Origin: Alphaproteobacteria bacterium
GTDB taxonomy: Bacteria > Pseudomonadota > Alphaproteobacteria > UBA7887
Direction: 5' to 3'
DNA: 64,000 bases
Assembly: GCA_965243325.1 (NCBI GenBank)
Contig: CBDEUQ010000003.1
Location: 830,300 to 894,299, forward strand
In this document: in pieces, positions 1 through 9,793 of the stretch
How the letters are laid out: every line of letters starts with the position of its first letter
Position numbering within the stretch: position 1 is the first letter of the stretch
Notes under the pieces: model-generated
Database searches by the model: none
Seen by the model: only the letters and a program-made list of their open reading frames with translations
What the model was told of the DNA's origin: nothing
Made by a program: the position numbers and the translations under genes

Positions 1-364
1 AACAACTAAATGCAATTGCGACTGGCATAAGTTTACTGGCGTCTTCTTTCGTCCACGTGCCATTTTCTCCAATTTGCGCTAGTATTATCCCAATCGACAT
101 TGCGCCAATTAACATAAACATCAACACCGCTGGAACTAAAGCAACATAATACCAATATGTAGAAACTTCGTCTGGATTCCGTAACAGAGAGTCGTCATCT
201 TCTACAGCTTTTGCCGTTCGCCACTCTTGCCGAGCAACAACAGCGGTATGAGCCGCGGCAAATATCATGGCAGAAAGTGCCGCTGGGCCTTGGCCAACAG
301 CATACCATACCAGCAGAGTGAGAATTATGTATATGATGGGAAGGCCTACAAACCATTTCCACAT
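1..364 (-). CDS. AT-rich multi-pass membrane hypothetical protein (runs off the window)
   Basis: Manual translation MWKWFVGLPIIYIILTLLVWYAVGQGPAALSAMIF... is open to position 1. AAGGAG RBS at 375-380 (minus). Several hydrophobic stretches. Missing from the ORF track because it has no stop in the window. Confidence 0.7.
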   Translation of the reverse strand, partial: MWKWFVGLPIIYIILTLLVWYAVGQGPAALSAMIFAAAHTAVVARQEWRTAKAVEDDDSLLRNPDEVSTYWYYVALVPAVLMFMLIGAMSIGIILAQIGENGTWTKEDASKLMPVAIAFSC

Positions 365-507
365 ACTGTCAAATCTCCTTTAGGCGAAGGTGGAGCACGC
401 CCATGATGTCGGTCAAGGGGGGGCCGGGTCAACTACGCTCTCAAATCCCGCCGCGATCGGTTGCGCGAACGCGGTCTACAGACGACTTCGCAAGTCGCCG
501 GCGAAGC

Positions 508-875
508 TCAGGCGGCAGCGTCGGCGGGCGGCGGCCCGGCGAGCGCGCCGCTCGCGCGCATGGACGAGCATGGACGAGATCGCCGCGTCATCGTAGCCAT
601 GCTCGGCGAGCAGGGCCGCGCCGTGCTCCCCGAGTCCGGGCGCCGGCGCCGCGAGGTTGGCGTGCGCAGCCTCCGGCAACCCGGGAATCCGCGGCACGGG
701 GACCGGCCCGACGCCTGGCTCGACGACGCCGGCGCCGCGGCGACGGCGCCGGCGTCGTCGAGCCAGGCGCCCGGCGTGTTGACGGGGTTGCACAGGAGCC
801 CCGCCCGTCCCAGCGTCTCGAGCCATTCCGCGGTCGTCCGTCCGGCCAAGATCGCGCCCATGATCGTCGTCAGCG
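508..875 (-). pseudogene. CaiB/BaiF CoA-transferase 3' remnant (copy 1, internally deleted)
   Basis: LTTIMGAILAGRTTAEWLETL...LAGPPPADAAA matches the C-terminus of 40781..41983. It is joined directly to the porin terminator and is frameshifted. Confidence 0.85.
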
Positions 876-879
876 CCGC

Positions 880-910
880 AAAAGAAAGAGGGCGGCCCAT
901 CGCGCCGCCC
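880..910 (-). terminator. Rho-independent terminator after porin copy 1
   Basis: GGGCGGCGC-GAT-GGGCCGCCC (one mismatch) followed by TCTTTCTTTT; homologous to the other two copies. Confidence 0.7.
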
Positions 911-940
911 TCGGTAAGGTCGGTGAAGAGCGCTACGTGG

Positions 941-1558
941 TCAGAAGTTCACGTTGACTCCCGTGAGAAGGACTGTCGAGTCGTCGGTGCGCCTCATGCC
1001 GTCGCCGATTTTAACGTCCCATTCGGCGCCGACGAGGTCAGCGTACCACTTGAGGCCCGGCGCGACCGCGTAGCCGATCTGAAGCGCCCAGCCGTCAAAC
1101 GTGCTGTCGATGGCCTCCATGCCGATAATCACCTTCTCGGCATGGGCATAGGAGATTTCTACGCCGTAGGGGCCGAAGCTGTAGGTCGCGTCAAGCGCCC
1201 AGCCCGTATAGTCTTGGCTGTCCCCGGGCAGAGTGCCAGTGTCTCCGTAATCCCAGAACGTCGCGCCGGTGGTGAAGCCGGCGTGGGCCACCATGCCGCT
1301 GATCTGGAACATCTCGATACCGTGCGTGGTGGTCGACATCGCGTTGTTGACCGCATCGTCGCTCATCGCGCCGACGGCGGACACGGTGACGGTGGAGCCG
1401 CCCATGTCGCCCTTCCACTGGGCGCCGTAGCTGATCACGTCCTTCGCTTGGCCGTCGCCGGCGGGCCAGCCGCCCTCGTGGGCAATCGGAGCCGTGCCCC
1501 ACGGGCTGTCGGTGGGCGTGTAGGTGACGCCGGCCTGGAAGCCGTTGAAAACCGGTGT
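941..1558 (-). pseudogene. Porin allele 1, 5'-truncated (C-terminal half only)
   Basis: TPVFNGFQAGVTYTP...TGVNVNF aligns with the other two porins. Homology stops at ~1558 and there is no signal peptide. Confidence 0.85.
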
Positions 1559-1678
1559 GCGCACCATGCGGTGCTAACTGGTTGAAAAAAGGCCGTTCTC
1601 TCTCCCACATTTTGTTGCAGTCGGACGGAATCGTCAACGGTTACTTCCCCGGCTGCAACTGCAACCGGGAGATCGGAA

Positions 1679-2803
1679 ATGCCCAGAACGGCCCTGACCG
1701 ACGCCCGCCTGCATGCCCTCGCGCCGCGAGCGACCGCCTACGACATTCGGGACGGCAAGCTCGGCGGCTTCGGCGTCCGGGTGCTGCCGTCGGGCGGCAA
1801 GCGCTTCTTCGTCCACTGTCAGCACCGCGGCGAGCGCATCTGGAGGACTGTGGGCGATGCGGAGACGGTGAGCCTTGCCGAGGCGCGGTCACGTGCCACC
1901 GAGACGCTCGCCGCGATCCGACGGGGCGAGAGTATCTTGCCGGCGCCCGGCGATACGGTCTTCGAGAGCGTCGCCGAAACTGTGTTCCGACAGCACGAGC
2001 GCCTCTGGAAGCCGGGTACCCTCCGTGTGAATCGGGGCTATCTTCGGAAACATATCCTGCCGTCTTTCGCCGGACGCCCAATTGCCGACATCGATCGCCG
2101 CGACGTCCGCCGCTGGTTCGCCTTGCTGCACGCGACGCCGGTCGCCGCCGACCGCTCGATGCCGGTGCTCTCGGTCATCATGCGCGAGGCCGAGGCGATG
2201 GGTCTCAGGCCGGAGGGCTCCAACCCCTGCCGCGGCATCCGCAGGAACCGCCGCAAGGGGCGCGAGCGGTTCCTGTCGGACGACGAAATCCGCCGCCTGT
2301 CGGCACGTCTGGCAGCCCATGCCGTGCGCCATCCGCACCAGGTCGCCATCGTCCGCCTGCTCCTGCTCACCGGGTGCCGCAAGAGTGAGATCCTGACGCT
2401 GCGCCGGTCCGACTACCGCGAGGGCCGTCTGTTCCTGCGCGATTCCAAGACTGGCCCGCGGACGGTCTGGCTGTCCGGGCCGGCGCGGGACATCCTCGAC
2501 TCCCTGGACGGGACCGGCGCCTGGATGTTTCCGTCATCCGGCCGGGGCAGACACAGGAGCGATAGCTGGCTCAACGAGCTCTGGCACCGGGTCCGGGACG
2601 AGGCGGGCCTGCGGAACGTCCGCCTCCACGATCTTCGTCACAGCCACGCGAGCCTTGCCCTGCGGTGCGGCGAGACCGTGCTCGCCATCGGCCGGCTGCT
2701 GGGGCACCGGAAGGCGGAGACGACCCTCCGGTACACGCACCCCGCCGACGCGATGGCGATGGAGGCCGCCGAGACTGTCGGCGCCGTCCTCGGGGGAACC
2801 TGA
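1679..2803 (+). CDS. Tyrosine recombinase/integrase with N-terminal arm-binding domain
   Basis: LTDA...GFGVRVLPSGGKRF arm domain; catalytic motifs TGCRKSEI, HDLRH, LLGH, RYTH. Confidence 0.93.
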   Translation: MPRTALTDARLHALAPRATAYDIRDGKLGGFGVRVLPSGGKRFFVHCQHRGERIWRTVGDAETVSLAEARSRATETLAAIRRGESILPAPGDTVFESVAETVFRQHERLWKPGTLRVNRGYLRKHILPSFAGRPIADIDRRDVRRWFALLHATPVAADRSMPVLSVIMREAEAMGLRPEGSNPCRGIRRNRRKGRERFLSDDEIRRLSARLAAHAVRHPHQVAIVRLLLLTGCRKSEILTLRRSDYREGRLFLRDSKTGPRTVWLSGPARDILDSLDGTGAWMFPSSGRGRHRSDSWLNELWHRVRDEAGLRNVRLHDLRHSHASLALRCGETVLAIGRLLGHRKAETTLRYTHPADAMAMEAAETVGAVLGGT

Positions 2804-2806
2804 GCG

Positions 2807-4006
2807 ATGGCGGGGACGAAACGCATGCGGCTTACCGACGCCGCGATCGCCCGCCTGCGGCCGCACGAGCGGGAGTATACGGTCTGGGACAGCCGCGTCG
2901 CCGGGCTCGGGGTCCGTGTTCGCCCGACCGGCGGGCGGAGCTACGTCCTCTTGGAGCATGTCGGCGACCGCACGAAGCGCGTCTCGCTCGGGCGGGTATC
3001 GGTGCGGGGCATTGAGGCGGTGCGCCGGGAATGCCATGCCCGGGAGGCCGGTCCGAAGCCGGAACGAACCGATGAGTCGGCGCCGCCGGCGCCGCTGTTC
3101 GGGGATTTCGTCGCGGGCGAGTGGAAGGCGGCGCACTTCGACAGGTACAAGCCGTCGACGCAACGAGGCGCGAGGTACGCGCTCGTCGGGCGACTGCTAC
3201 CGGCGTTCGGGTCGAAACGGCTCGACCGCATCGCCCCGGCGCACATTCGGCGTTGGTTCGATGCCTTCAGCCGCACCGCGCCGGGAAATGCCAACCATGC
3301 GCTCAAGCTCCTGCGGCAGATCCTGAACTTTGCGGTGGCATGCGGCCACATCGAAGCCAACCCCACGCGGGGCATCCGGAGGAACCGGCGCCCGGCGCTG
3401 ACGCGTTTCCTGTCGCGCGAGGAGGTCGCCCGCCTCCATGAGGTCCTCGACAAGGAGGCGGGACGGGGAGAGCGGTTCCGGCATCCGGCTGACATCGTGC
3501 GGCTGCTTCTGCTGACCGGATGCCGCAAGAACGAGATCGTGCGCCTGCGCTGGTCGGAGGTCCAGGACGACAGGCTGGTCCTCGGCGATGCCAAGACCGG
3601 GCCGAGGACGGTGCCGCTCGGCAGCCGGGCACGCGCCATACTCGAGCGGCAGCCTCGCGGCGCAAGCCCCTACGTATTTCCCTCTCCGCTCGATCCCGCG
3701 CGGCCGCGCGGTCACGATCTCTGGCTCTGGTATCGGGTCCGACGCGAGGCCGGCATCGAGGATGTCCGCCTTCACGATCTTCGGCACACCATGGCCAGCC
3801 ACGCGGTCATGAACGGGGTGCCGGTGCCGGTGGTCTCCCGCCTCCTCGGGCATTCCAACGTGAAGATGACGCTGCGATACGCGCACCTTGCCGACCGCGA
3901 CATAGAGGCGGCGTCCGAGCGGGTCGGCGCCGCGATGGCGCGGGTCATGGGACTGAGCGCTCAACTGGATCCCTTGGATGCGTCGAGCGGCGGATCGCCC
4001 GGATAA
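2807..4006 (+). CDS. Second tandem tyrosine recombinase/integrase
   Basis: Paralogue of the preceding gene, 3 bp downstream; motifs TGCRKNEI, HDLRH, LLGH, RYAH. Confidence 0.93.
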   Translation: MAGTKRMRLTDAAIARLRPHEREYTVWDSRVAGLGVRVRPTGGRSYVLLEHVGDRTKRVSLGRVSVRGIEAVRRECHAREAGPKPERTDESAPPAPLFGDFVAGEWKAAHFDRYKPSTQRGARYALVGRLLPAFGSKRLDRIAPAHIRRWFDAFSRTAPGNANHALKLLRQILNFAVACGHIEANPTRGIRRNRRPALTRFLSREEVARLHEVLDKEAGRGERFRHPADIVRLLLLTGCRKNEIVRLRWSEVQDDRLVLGDAKTGPRTVPLGSRARAILERQPRGASPYVFPSPLDPARPRGHDLWLWYRVRREAGIEDVRLHDLRHTMASHAVMNGVPVPVVSRLLGHSNVKMTLRYAHLADRDIEAASERVGAAMARVMGLSAQLDPLDASSGGSPG

Positions 4007-4140
4007 CGCACCCGTTTGATCCTCTTCACGGCCGTGAGTTCCCATTGGTAGAGACCAGGTCGCCGATGGCGGTGGAACGGGTGCATTGCACGGGAAATGA
4101 CGGGGTGCTGCGCAGCATCCGGCGAGCGTGGACCAGCCCC
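4003..4140 (+). pseudogene. DUF5372-like (recombinase-associated) fragment
   Basis: ITHPFDPLHGREFPLVE...GVLRSIRRAWTS resembles the remembered ITHPFHPLxG motif family. No start codon. Confidence 0.45.
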
Positions 4141-4468
4141 GCGTCGGCGCGGCACAGAGGTCATCCCGTCACGGGCCGCGGGGAACGCCTCCGCAGGCTC
4201 CTTCATAGCCGATGATTTGCCATACGTAGGCAGTTTCCATGTCCGGTTCCCAGAGCATGCACATCGCCGTCATTGCCTCGCGGCAGGGCAAGAGGGTCTA
4301 TACCTCCCAGCTCCTGCGGCAGTCCTACCGGAGGCCTGTGCACTGTGGCGGTTTCCGTCAGCGCCCCGCCGGTTTTGGCGACCGGATATTGGCTTGAGCC
4401 CGCCAAACTGTCATAATGCCGGTTGGTCGGGCAGCACTCACTCATGACTACAGAGACGGTTCTGCGAA

Positions 4469-4984
4469 ATGTCTGACGATTCAAGAAAGCGCGCACCACC
4501 CGTTGCCAATGCTGAAGCGTCTGCGAACTACAGGGGCCTACCTATTCCGATATGGGCTGCAATCATCATTGCGCTCGGTACCCTTTCCAGTGCGCTTATC
4601 ATCAGCGGGCTGGTGACGCTTATGGCGCGCGCACTCGTCGACCGAGAGGAGATTCGAATCATCGTCAACCCGGCAGGGTGGACCCTGGATGTACGTAACG
4701 ATGGTGAGCGGAACGGTACAATCGAACAGCGCGCATGGATTGTCCTGTCCAGCAGCACCGAAACCAAAGACATCGACATCGACATCTATCCTACGAACAA
4801 CCAATCAATGACGTTCGGACCCAGCACTTCGGGCCGATTGCACATCAGCCTTCCGAAAACTCGTCACTTGAAGCCCGACTTGCCTCCAGATGTCACGACG
4901 TGCGCACTCAAGTACCGAGTCCAATCAGGGTCCGACACGAACGAACACCAAGATGCGTTCGAGTGCCGCCCTGAGCCGGCATAG
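4469..4984 (+). CDS. Hypothetical single-pass membrane protein
   Basis: N-terminal TM (IWAAIIIALGTLSSALIISGLV) followed by a beta-rich domain with a Cys pair; lower GC than flanks. Confidence 0.6.
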   Translation: MSDDSRKRAPPVANAEASANYRGLPIPIWAAIIIALGTLSSALIISGLVTLMARALVDREEIRIIVNPAGWTLDVRNDGERNGTIEQRAWIVLSSSTETKDIDIDIYPTNNQSMTFGPSTSGRLHISLPKTRHLKPDLPPDVTTCALKYRVQSGSDTNEHQDAFECRPEPA

Positions 4985-5116
4985 CCGGAACCAAGAGGTC
5001 GTTGTATTCGGAGGGGGCTGTATGGCAAGTGTCACGACCTACGCAGAAAGCCACGAGCCCTATGCCACAAATTCCAGTCCCGGAAATTCTCGTCACTTTT
5101 GAAGGTTGAAGCTTCT

Positions 5117-5545
5117 GGATTGATTCCAACGTTTGGAACCCTCGTTTTCTTGCGTCGATGATGTCCTCGGGATCGGCGGCCCAGAAGAACGGTCTTGCCT
5201 CGGCAGCGTTGTGCTCGGCGATGAACCGGTGAATGGCGTCGCGGAGTTCGCGGACCGAGCGGAAGACGCCGTGCCTGAGCCGCCATCGTGTCAGCTTGGC
5301 GAAGAAGTCCTCGACCGCGCTGAGCCCCGAACACGAGGTCGGGGTGAAGTGGAAAGTCCAGCGCGGGTGCTTCGCGAGCCAGGCCCGGACCCTGGTGTTT
5401 TTGTGCGTGGCGTAGTTGTCGAGGATGGCATGGATCGCGGTGCCGGCGGGGATCGTGCGGTCGATGCGGTCGAGAAACTTCAGGAATTCCTGATGGCGGT
5501 GGTGAGCGGCGTGCTGGCCGACAATGGTTCCCCCGGCCTCGGTCC
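5117..5545 (-). pseudogene. IS630-family transposase 3' fragment
   Basis: HRHQEFLKFL...ILDNYATHK...FHFTPTSCSGLSAVEDFF...LESI; 5' part replaced by the adjacent IS4 fragment. Confidence 0.88.
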
Positions 5546-6155
5546 CTACCGTATGCACACATCTCCTCCGGAGAGTGTTGAAGAGGGGATACCCATGAGC
5601 CGTGTGCTGTGATTCATGCCGTTCCCGGCGTTGGATGGGAGATGGGAGCGACGGGCGATGGACAGCGAGGCTTCGTATTTCGGGGACCGTCGCGTCGACG
5701 AGGCCGGGCGGTTCCTGCACGACCGGCTCGTCAGGCGCGGTCCCCGGGGCAATTCCGTCCGCAGCGTGGGCGGGAACCGCGCCGGCGAGGTGCGCATCGG
5801 GCGGTTCCTGCGGAACGGGAAGGTGACGGTGGAGAAGGTGGTGGAGCAGGCCGCGCGGGGCACGGCGGGCCGAGTAGCGGGCCTGCATGTGCTGGCGATA
5901 CAGGACACGACGAACTTCCGCGACAGCGGCGGCCGCACGGGCGTGGTCGGCCACGCCACGATCGCGGTGGAGGCCGAGGCAGGGGCCCTTCTCGGCCTGG
6001 CCGCCACGCAGGTGATCGCGCGGTCCGGCGGGGAGAAGGCGTCGAAGCATGCGCCGCTCTGCGACAAGCAGAGCCGGCGCTGGCTCGACGGCATGCGGGA
6101 GAGCGCGCCTGGCGCAACGACAATCTGGGTGAGAGCTGCGCGTCAAATAGGATGA
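5546..6155 (+). mobile_element. IS4-family left end and truncated transposase (ORF from 5658)
   Basis: End sequence CTACCGTATGCACACA; protein FGDRR...RFLRNGKVT...VLAIQDTT, truncated. Confidence 0.78.
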
Positions 6156-6174
6156 GATTCCCGGCGGCAGCGGC

Positions 6175-6219
6175 GAGGAGAGGAGAGGAGAGGAGAGGAG
6201 AGGAGAGGAGAGGAGAGGA
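6175..6219 (+). repeat. Simple sequence repeat (GAGGA)x9
   Basis: Perfect pentamer tandem repeat, 45 bp. Confidence 0.95.
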
Positions 6220-6384
6220 TTCCCCTGCGGGTCGTCGATTTCAAGCCCTTTCTGGTTTTGATTGTCGCGGCGCGACAGGTTTCAGGAATTTGATTGTCGC
6301 GGCGGGCCTGGCGCTCGGAGATGGAGCGGCCCGCGGAGGCAGTCTCCGCGGGCCATGAGTTTGGTGGCCGCTCCATCGAGCTGG

Positions 6385-6639
6385 CGCCGGCTTCTTGAGA
6401 CCGAGCGCGATGCCCCGCTTGCTGCGGTTGACGGCGAGCGACATCGCCGTGTGGTCGCCGTGGCGTGTGCCCAGGCCGCGTGCCCAGTCGCCCTGCGGCG
6501 GCTCGATCTTGATCACGTCGGCGCCGTGCGCGGCGAGCATGAAGCCGCAGCCCGGCCCGGCCACACCTTGGCTCATGTCGACGACGCGGATGTCCGCGAA
6601 CGGCCGCTCGTAGCGCGCTTCGGGGCTCGCTTCGGGCAT
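6385..6639 (-). pseudogene. CaiB/BaiF CoA-transferase 5' remnant (copy 2)
   Basis: MPEAS...RPFADIRVVDMSQGVAGPGCG...KRGIALGLKKP matches the N-terminus of 40781..41983, then breaks off. Confidence 0.88.
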
Positions 6640-6666
6640 GGTCTTCCTCGACGGCGCCGGGTCCGC

Positions 6667-6699
6667 AAAAGAAAGAGGGCGGCGCATCGCGCCGCCCCC
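6667..6699 (-). terminator. Rho-independent terminator after porin copy 2
   Basis: GGGCGGCGC-GAT-GCGCCGCCC hairpin followed by TCTTTCTTTT. Confidence 0.8.
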
Positions 6700-6728
6700 G
6701 GTAAGGTCGGTAGAAGAGCGCTTCGCGG

Positions 6729-7931
6729 TCAGAAGTTCACGTTGACTCCCGTGAGAACGACCGTCGAGTCCTCGGTGCTCCTCGAGCCGTCGCTGCGCAT
6801 CACGTCCCATTCGTTGCCGACGAGGTCGGCGTACCACTTGAGGCCCGGCGCCACGGCGTAGCCGATCTGAAGCGCCCAGCCGTCGAACGTGCTGTCGATG
6901 GCCTCCATGCCGCTGACCACCTTCTCGGCATGGGCGTAGGAGATCTCGATGCCGTAGGGGCCGAAGCTGTAGGTCGCGTCGAGCGCCCAGCCCGAATAGT
7001 CCTGGCTGTCCCCCGGCAACCTGTAGGTGTCTCCGTAATCCCAGAACGTCGCGCCGGTGGAGAAGCCGGCGTGGCTCACCATGCCGCTGATCTGGAACAT
7101 CTCGATACCCTGCCGGGTCCCCGGCCCGGTCCAGCCGATGTCGGATCGGCATGGTTTGTTAGGATTGGGGGCGCAGACTGCGTCGTCGCTCATCGCGCCG
7201 ACGGCGGACACGATGACGGAGGAGCCGCCCATGTCGCCCTTCCACTGGGCTCCGTAGCTGATCACGTCCTTGGCCTCGCCATCGCCGGCGGTCGTGCCGT
7301 ACTTAGCTGAGCCCCACGGGCTATCGGTGGGCGTGTAGGTGACGCCGGCCTGGAAGCCGTTGAAAACCGGCGTGTAGTACGTAATCTTGGTCTCACCAGC
7401 GTCCCACCAGTGCGGGTTCTGGATGTGATGAATCCCGCCTGGCGGCACGACAAAGTACGTCTTGTAAGAGAAATCGAGGCCCCCGTTGCCCTTGTACTGG
7501 CCGGCGACGTTCAGGTTGAGCCCGGTCGCCGCGCCGATCCACGTGCCCGCCTCGATCGACCCCCAGCTGCCCTTGACGTACAGGTACTGCCGGCCCAGCC
7601 CGCTGTGTCCGAGGAGGTCGATGTTGTTCGCGTTCCCGCCCCCGCCGGCCGCGAGGCGGATCTGCGCGCCGTAGGTGAGACCGTTGTCAGCGGTCATCTC
7701 ACCGTTGAAGTACACGTCGGCCCAGCGGCCGGCAACGAGCCCGCTGTCCCGGTTATCGTCGTCGTTGGCGGCGCTGTTGTTGGCGAACCCGCCCTCGAAA
7801 GACGCGTTGATCGCCGCCGACAGGACCGGAGTCCCCTCCTCGTCGCGAGACTGCAGCGGCATGGCGACGGTGCCCGCCGCCATGACCGACACGCCGACCA
7901 CCGCCGTCGTACTCAAGAGAAACCTTTTCAT
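6729..7931 (-). CDS. Outer-membrane porin allele 2 (complete, 400 aa)
   Basis: GGGGGA RBS, then MKRFLLSTTAVVGVSVMAAG signal peptide; DNGLTYGAQI and KITYYTPVFNGFQAGVTYTP motifs; C-terminal Phe. Confidence 0.92.
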   Translation of the reverse strand: MKRFLLSTTAVVGVSVMAAGTVAMPLQSRDEEGTPVLSAAINASFEGGFANNSAANDDDNRDSGLVAGRWADVYFNGEMTADNGLTYGAQIRLAAGGGGNANNIDLLGHSGLGRQYLYVKGSWGSIEAGTWIGAATGLNLNVAGQYKGNGGLDFSYKTYFVVPPGGIHHIQNPHWWDAGETKITYYTPVFNGFQAGVTYTPTDSPWGSAKYGTTAGDGEAKDVISYGAQWKGDMGGSSVIVSAVGAMSDDAVCAPNPNKPCRSDIGWTGPGTRQGIEMFQISGMVSHAGFSTGATFWDYGDTYRLPGDSQDYSGWALDATYSFGPYGIEISYAHAEKVVSGMEAIDSTFDGWALQIGYAVAPGLKWYADLVGNEWDVMRSDGSRSTEDSTVVLTGVNVNF

Positions 7932-8052
7932 TCGTCGTAAATCCCCCACGTTATCGGCCGGTGGGACCCGGCCCCTCGGTCCGAAATACAGGGCCGGTAT
8001 GTCATCGACCCCCCCCCAGAAGAAGCCGGTGACCGCCCCATCCGCTGGACAA

Positions 8053-8288
8053 CCGAGCGGTGCGAACGCCAACTTCATGCGATGCAAGAACGCCGGGGGA
8101 TGAGACAGTTTATGGACCGCCAAATCAATGTTTTCGTGCCGGCCTGTAGCCTGTTGGGGGCAGAGCGTGACAAAATAGTCACATATCAGGTCGGACACAG
8201 GCCGGCGCAACGCTTACGGCGCGTTCCGCTTGCCCGCCGCCAGCGCGTCGGTCCGGTCGGCGATTCGCTGAGCGTGGTCGCGGAGTTG
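8053..8288. repeat. Diverged direct repeat of 37978-38210 (integrase 3' end and its downstream region)
   Basis: Shared blocks CGGTGCGAACGCC, CAAATCAATGTTTTCG and GCAGAGCGTGACAAAATAGTCACATATCAGGTCGG, plus the last ~24 codons of the integrase (QLRDHAQRIADR). Confidence 0.9.
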
Positions 8289-8341
8289 CCAAGGACACGA
8301 GTCGACAGAACACCCTACCCGGGATCGACTACCTACCCAGG

Positions 8342-9621
8342 GGTAACGTCAAGAGTTATGTGTCAGGGAGACGGGGGTGCTGATTCCCTGAGACTTGTTT
8401 TCGTGGATGAATACCGCGTAGAGGACGCGGTCCATTGAGGTCCGGTCCTGGAAGGTTCCCATGGGCCGGGTTCGTCTGCGGACCTCCCGGAACCTTCGTT
8501 CGATGGCGTTGGTGGTCCTGACCCGCTTTCGCTCATCGAGGGTCCGGTAGCGGAAGCAGGTGAGCAGCTCGTCGAGATCGCTGCGCAGGCAGGCGACGGC
8601 CTTGGGGTAGGTGCTTTGCCAGCGGTCGGCGAAGCGTCGGGCGGCGCTCTGGGCCTTGCGGCGGCTCTTTGCATTCATGACGGCGTGGACATCGGCCTTG
8701 ACGGCCTCCTGGTCGGCCTTGCGGACCTTGTTGAGGATGTTGCGCATCTTGTGCGCCCAGCACCTCTGAACCGGGATGCCGGGATAGACGAACGGCAAGG
8801 CAGCCAGCAGGCCCTTGCCGCCATCGACGCAGATCATCTCAAGGCCTTCGCCGGTGAGCCCGCGGTGGTACAGCCGGTTGAGGAACACTTCCCACTCGCG
8901 GGCGCCTTCGCTGACGGCGAGATGGAAGTCGATGATCTCCTTCTTGCCGTCGGGGCGGATGCCGAGCGCCACCAGGACCGGCCTCCTGAGCGCGCCGGCG
9001 CCGGTCTTGCGGGCCAGCACCACGCCGTCGAGCATCAGCGCCTTGTAGGCGTTCTTCAGCGGCCTGCGGTGGAAGGCCTCGACCGCCATGTCGAGCGTCT
9101 TGGAGACCCGGCTCACCGTCGCGGCCGAGACCGGGCGCCCGAGCAGGGCCAGCAGGACCTCGCCCACCTTGCGCGTCGAAAGCCCCAGCACGAAGCCGGC
9201 CAGGATGGCACGGTCGATCTCCGGCGCGCGCCTTGCGTAGCTCTTCACAACCCCGGTCGGGCAGAAGTGCCGGGTGCGCGGCACGTTGAGCTCGATGTCG
9301 CCGAGCTCGCTCAGCAGGCAGCGGCGGTAGGTCCCGTTGCGCCGGTCGCGCATCGCGCCGGCGTCGAGGTTGTCGAGCCAGCGATCCACCGCCTCGGCCA
9401 TCCGGCCCTCGATGATCTCGGCCAGCGCCTGGCGGCCGAGCGGGCGGTAGCCCTCGCCCCAGTCCAGTCCGCCTGCCTGCATCTCCTTCACCACCTCAAA
9501 GGCCTGGGGTAGGCTCATGATCGTCGCAGCTTGCTGGGACATGCGGGGTGCTCCTGTTTGTGGTTGTCGTCACCACAGGGAGTACCCCCTTCCCACCTGA
9601 CACATAAATTCTTACGTCACC
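8342..9621 (-). mobile_element. IS256-family insertion sequence, complete
   Basis: Imperfect TIRs GGTAACGTCAAGAGTTATGTGTCAGG / CCTGACACATAAATTCTTACGTCACC; flanking direct repeat CTACCCAGG at 8333-8341 and 9622-9630. Confidence 0.92.
8349..9542 (-). CDS. IS256-family DDE transposase
   Basis: RRNGTY, GLSTRKV, LMLDG, CVDGGKGL, QRCWAHKMRN, RTTNAIER. Confidence 0.95.
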   Translation of the reverse strand: MSQQAATIMSLPQAFEVVKEMQAGGLDWGEGYRPLGRQALAEIIEGRMAEAVDRWLDNLDAGAMRDRRNGTYRRCLLSELGDIELNVPRTRHFCPTGVVKSYARRAPEIDRAILAGFVLGLSTRKVGEVLLALLGRPVSAATVSRVSKTLDMAVEAFHRRPLKNAYKALMLDGVVLARKTGAGALRRPVLVALGIRPDGKKEIIDFHLAVSEGAREWEVFLNRLYHRGLTGEGLEMICVDGGKGLLAALPFVYPGIPVQRCWAHKMRNILNKVRKADQEAVKADVHAVMNAKSRRKAQSAARRFADRWQSTYPKAVACLRSDLDELLTCFRYRTLDERKRVRTTNAIERRFREVRRRTRPMGTFQDRTSMDRVLYAVFIHENKSQGISTPVSLTHNS

Positions 9622-9793
9622 CTACCCAGGATCAAGGTGGCCTCTGCGAGGGCAGCCGGCTACAGTATGCGAACTGATCGTCAGGCTAATTCGGGCTGCT
9701 CAGTGGGGGTCGAGAGCCAGGGCAGCCGCCGGGGAACGGGGTTCACGACGATCACGATTTACGCTGAACGGCGGTGGATTTCCGCCAAGCGGA

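Noticed and set aside
7932..8210. Longer 493-aa start for porin 2
   Set aside because: The signal peptide and RBS place the start at 7931; the upstream part is non-coding or repeat DNA.
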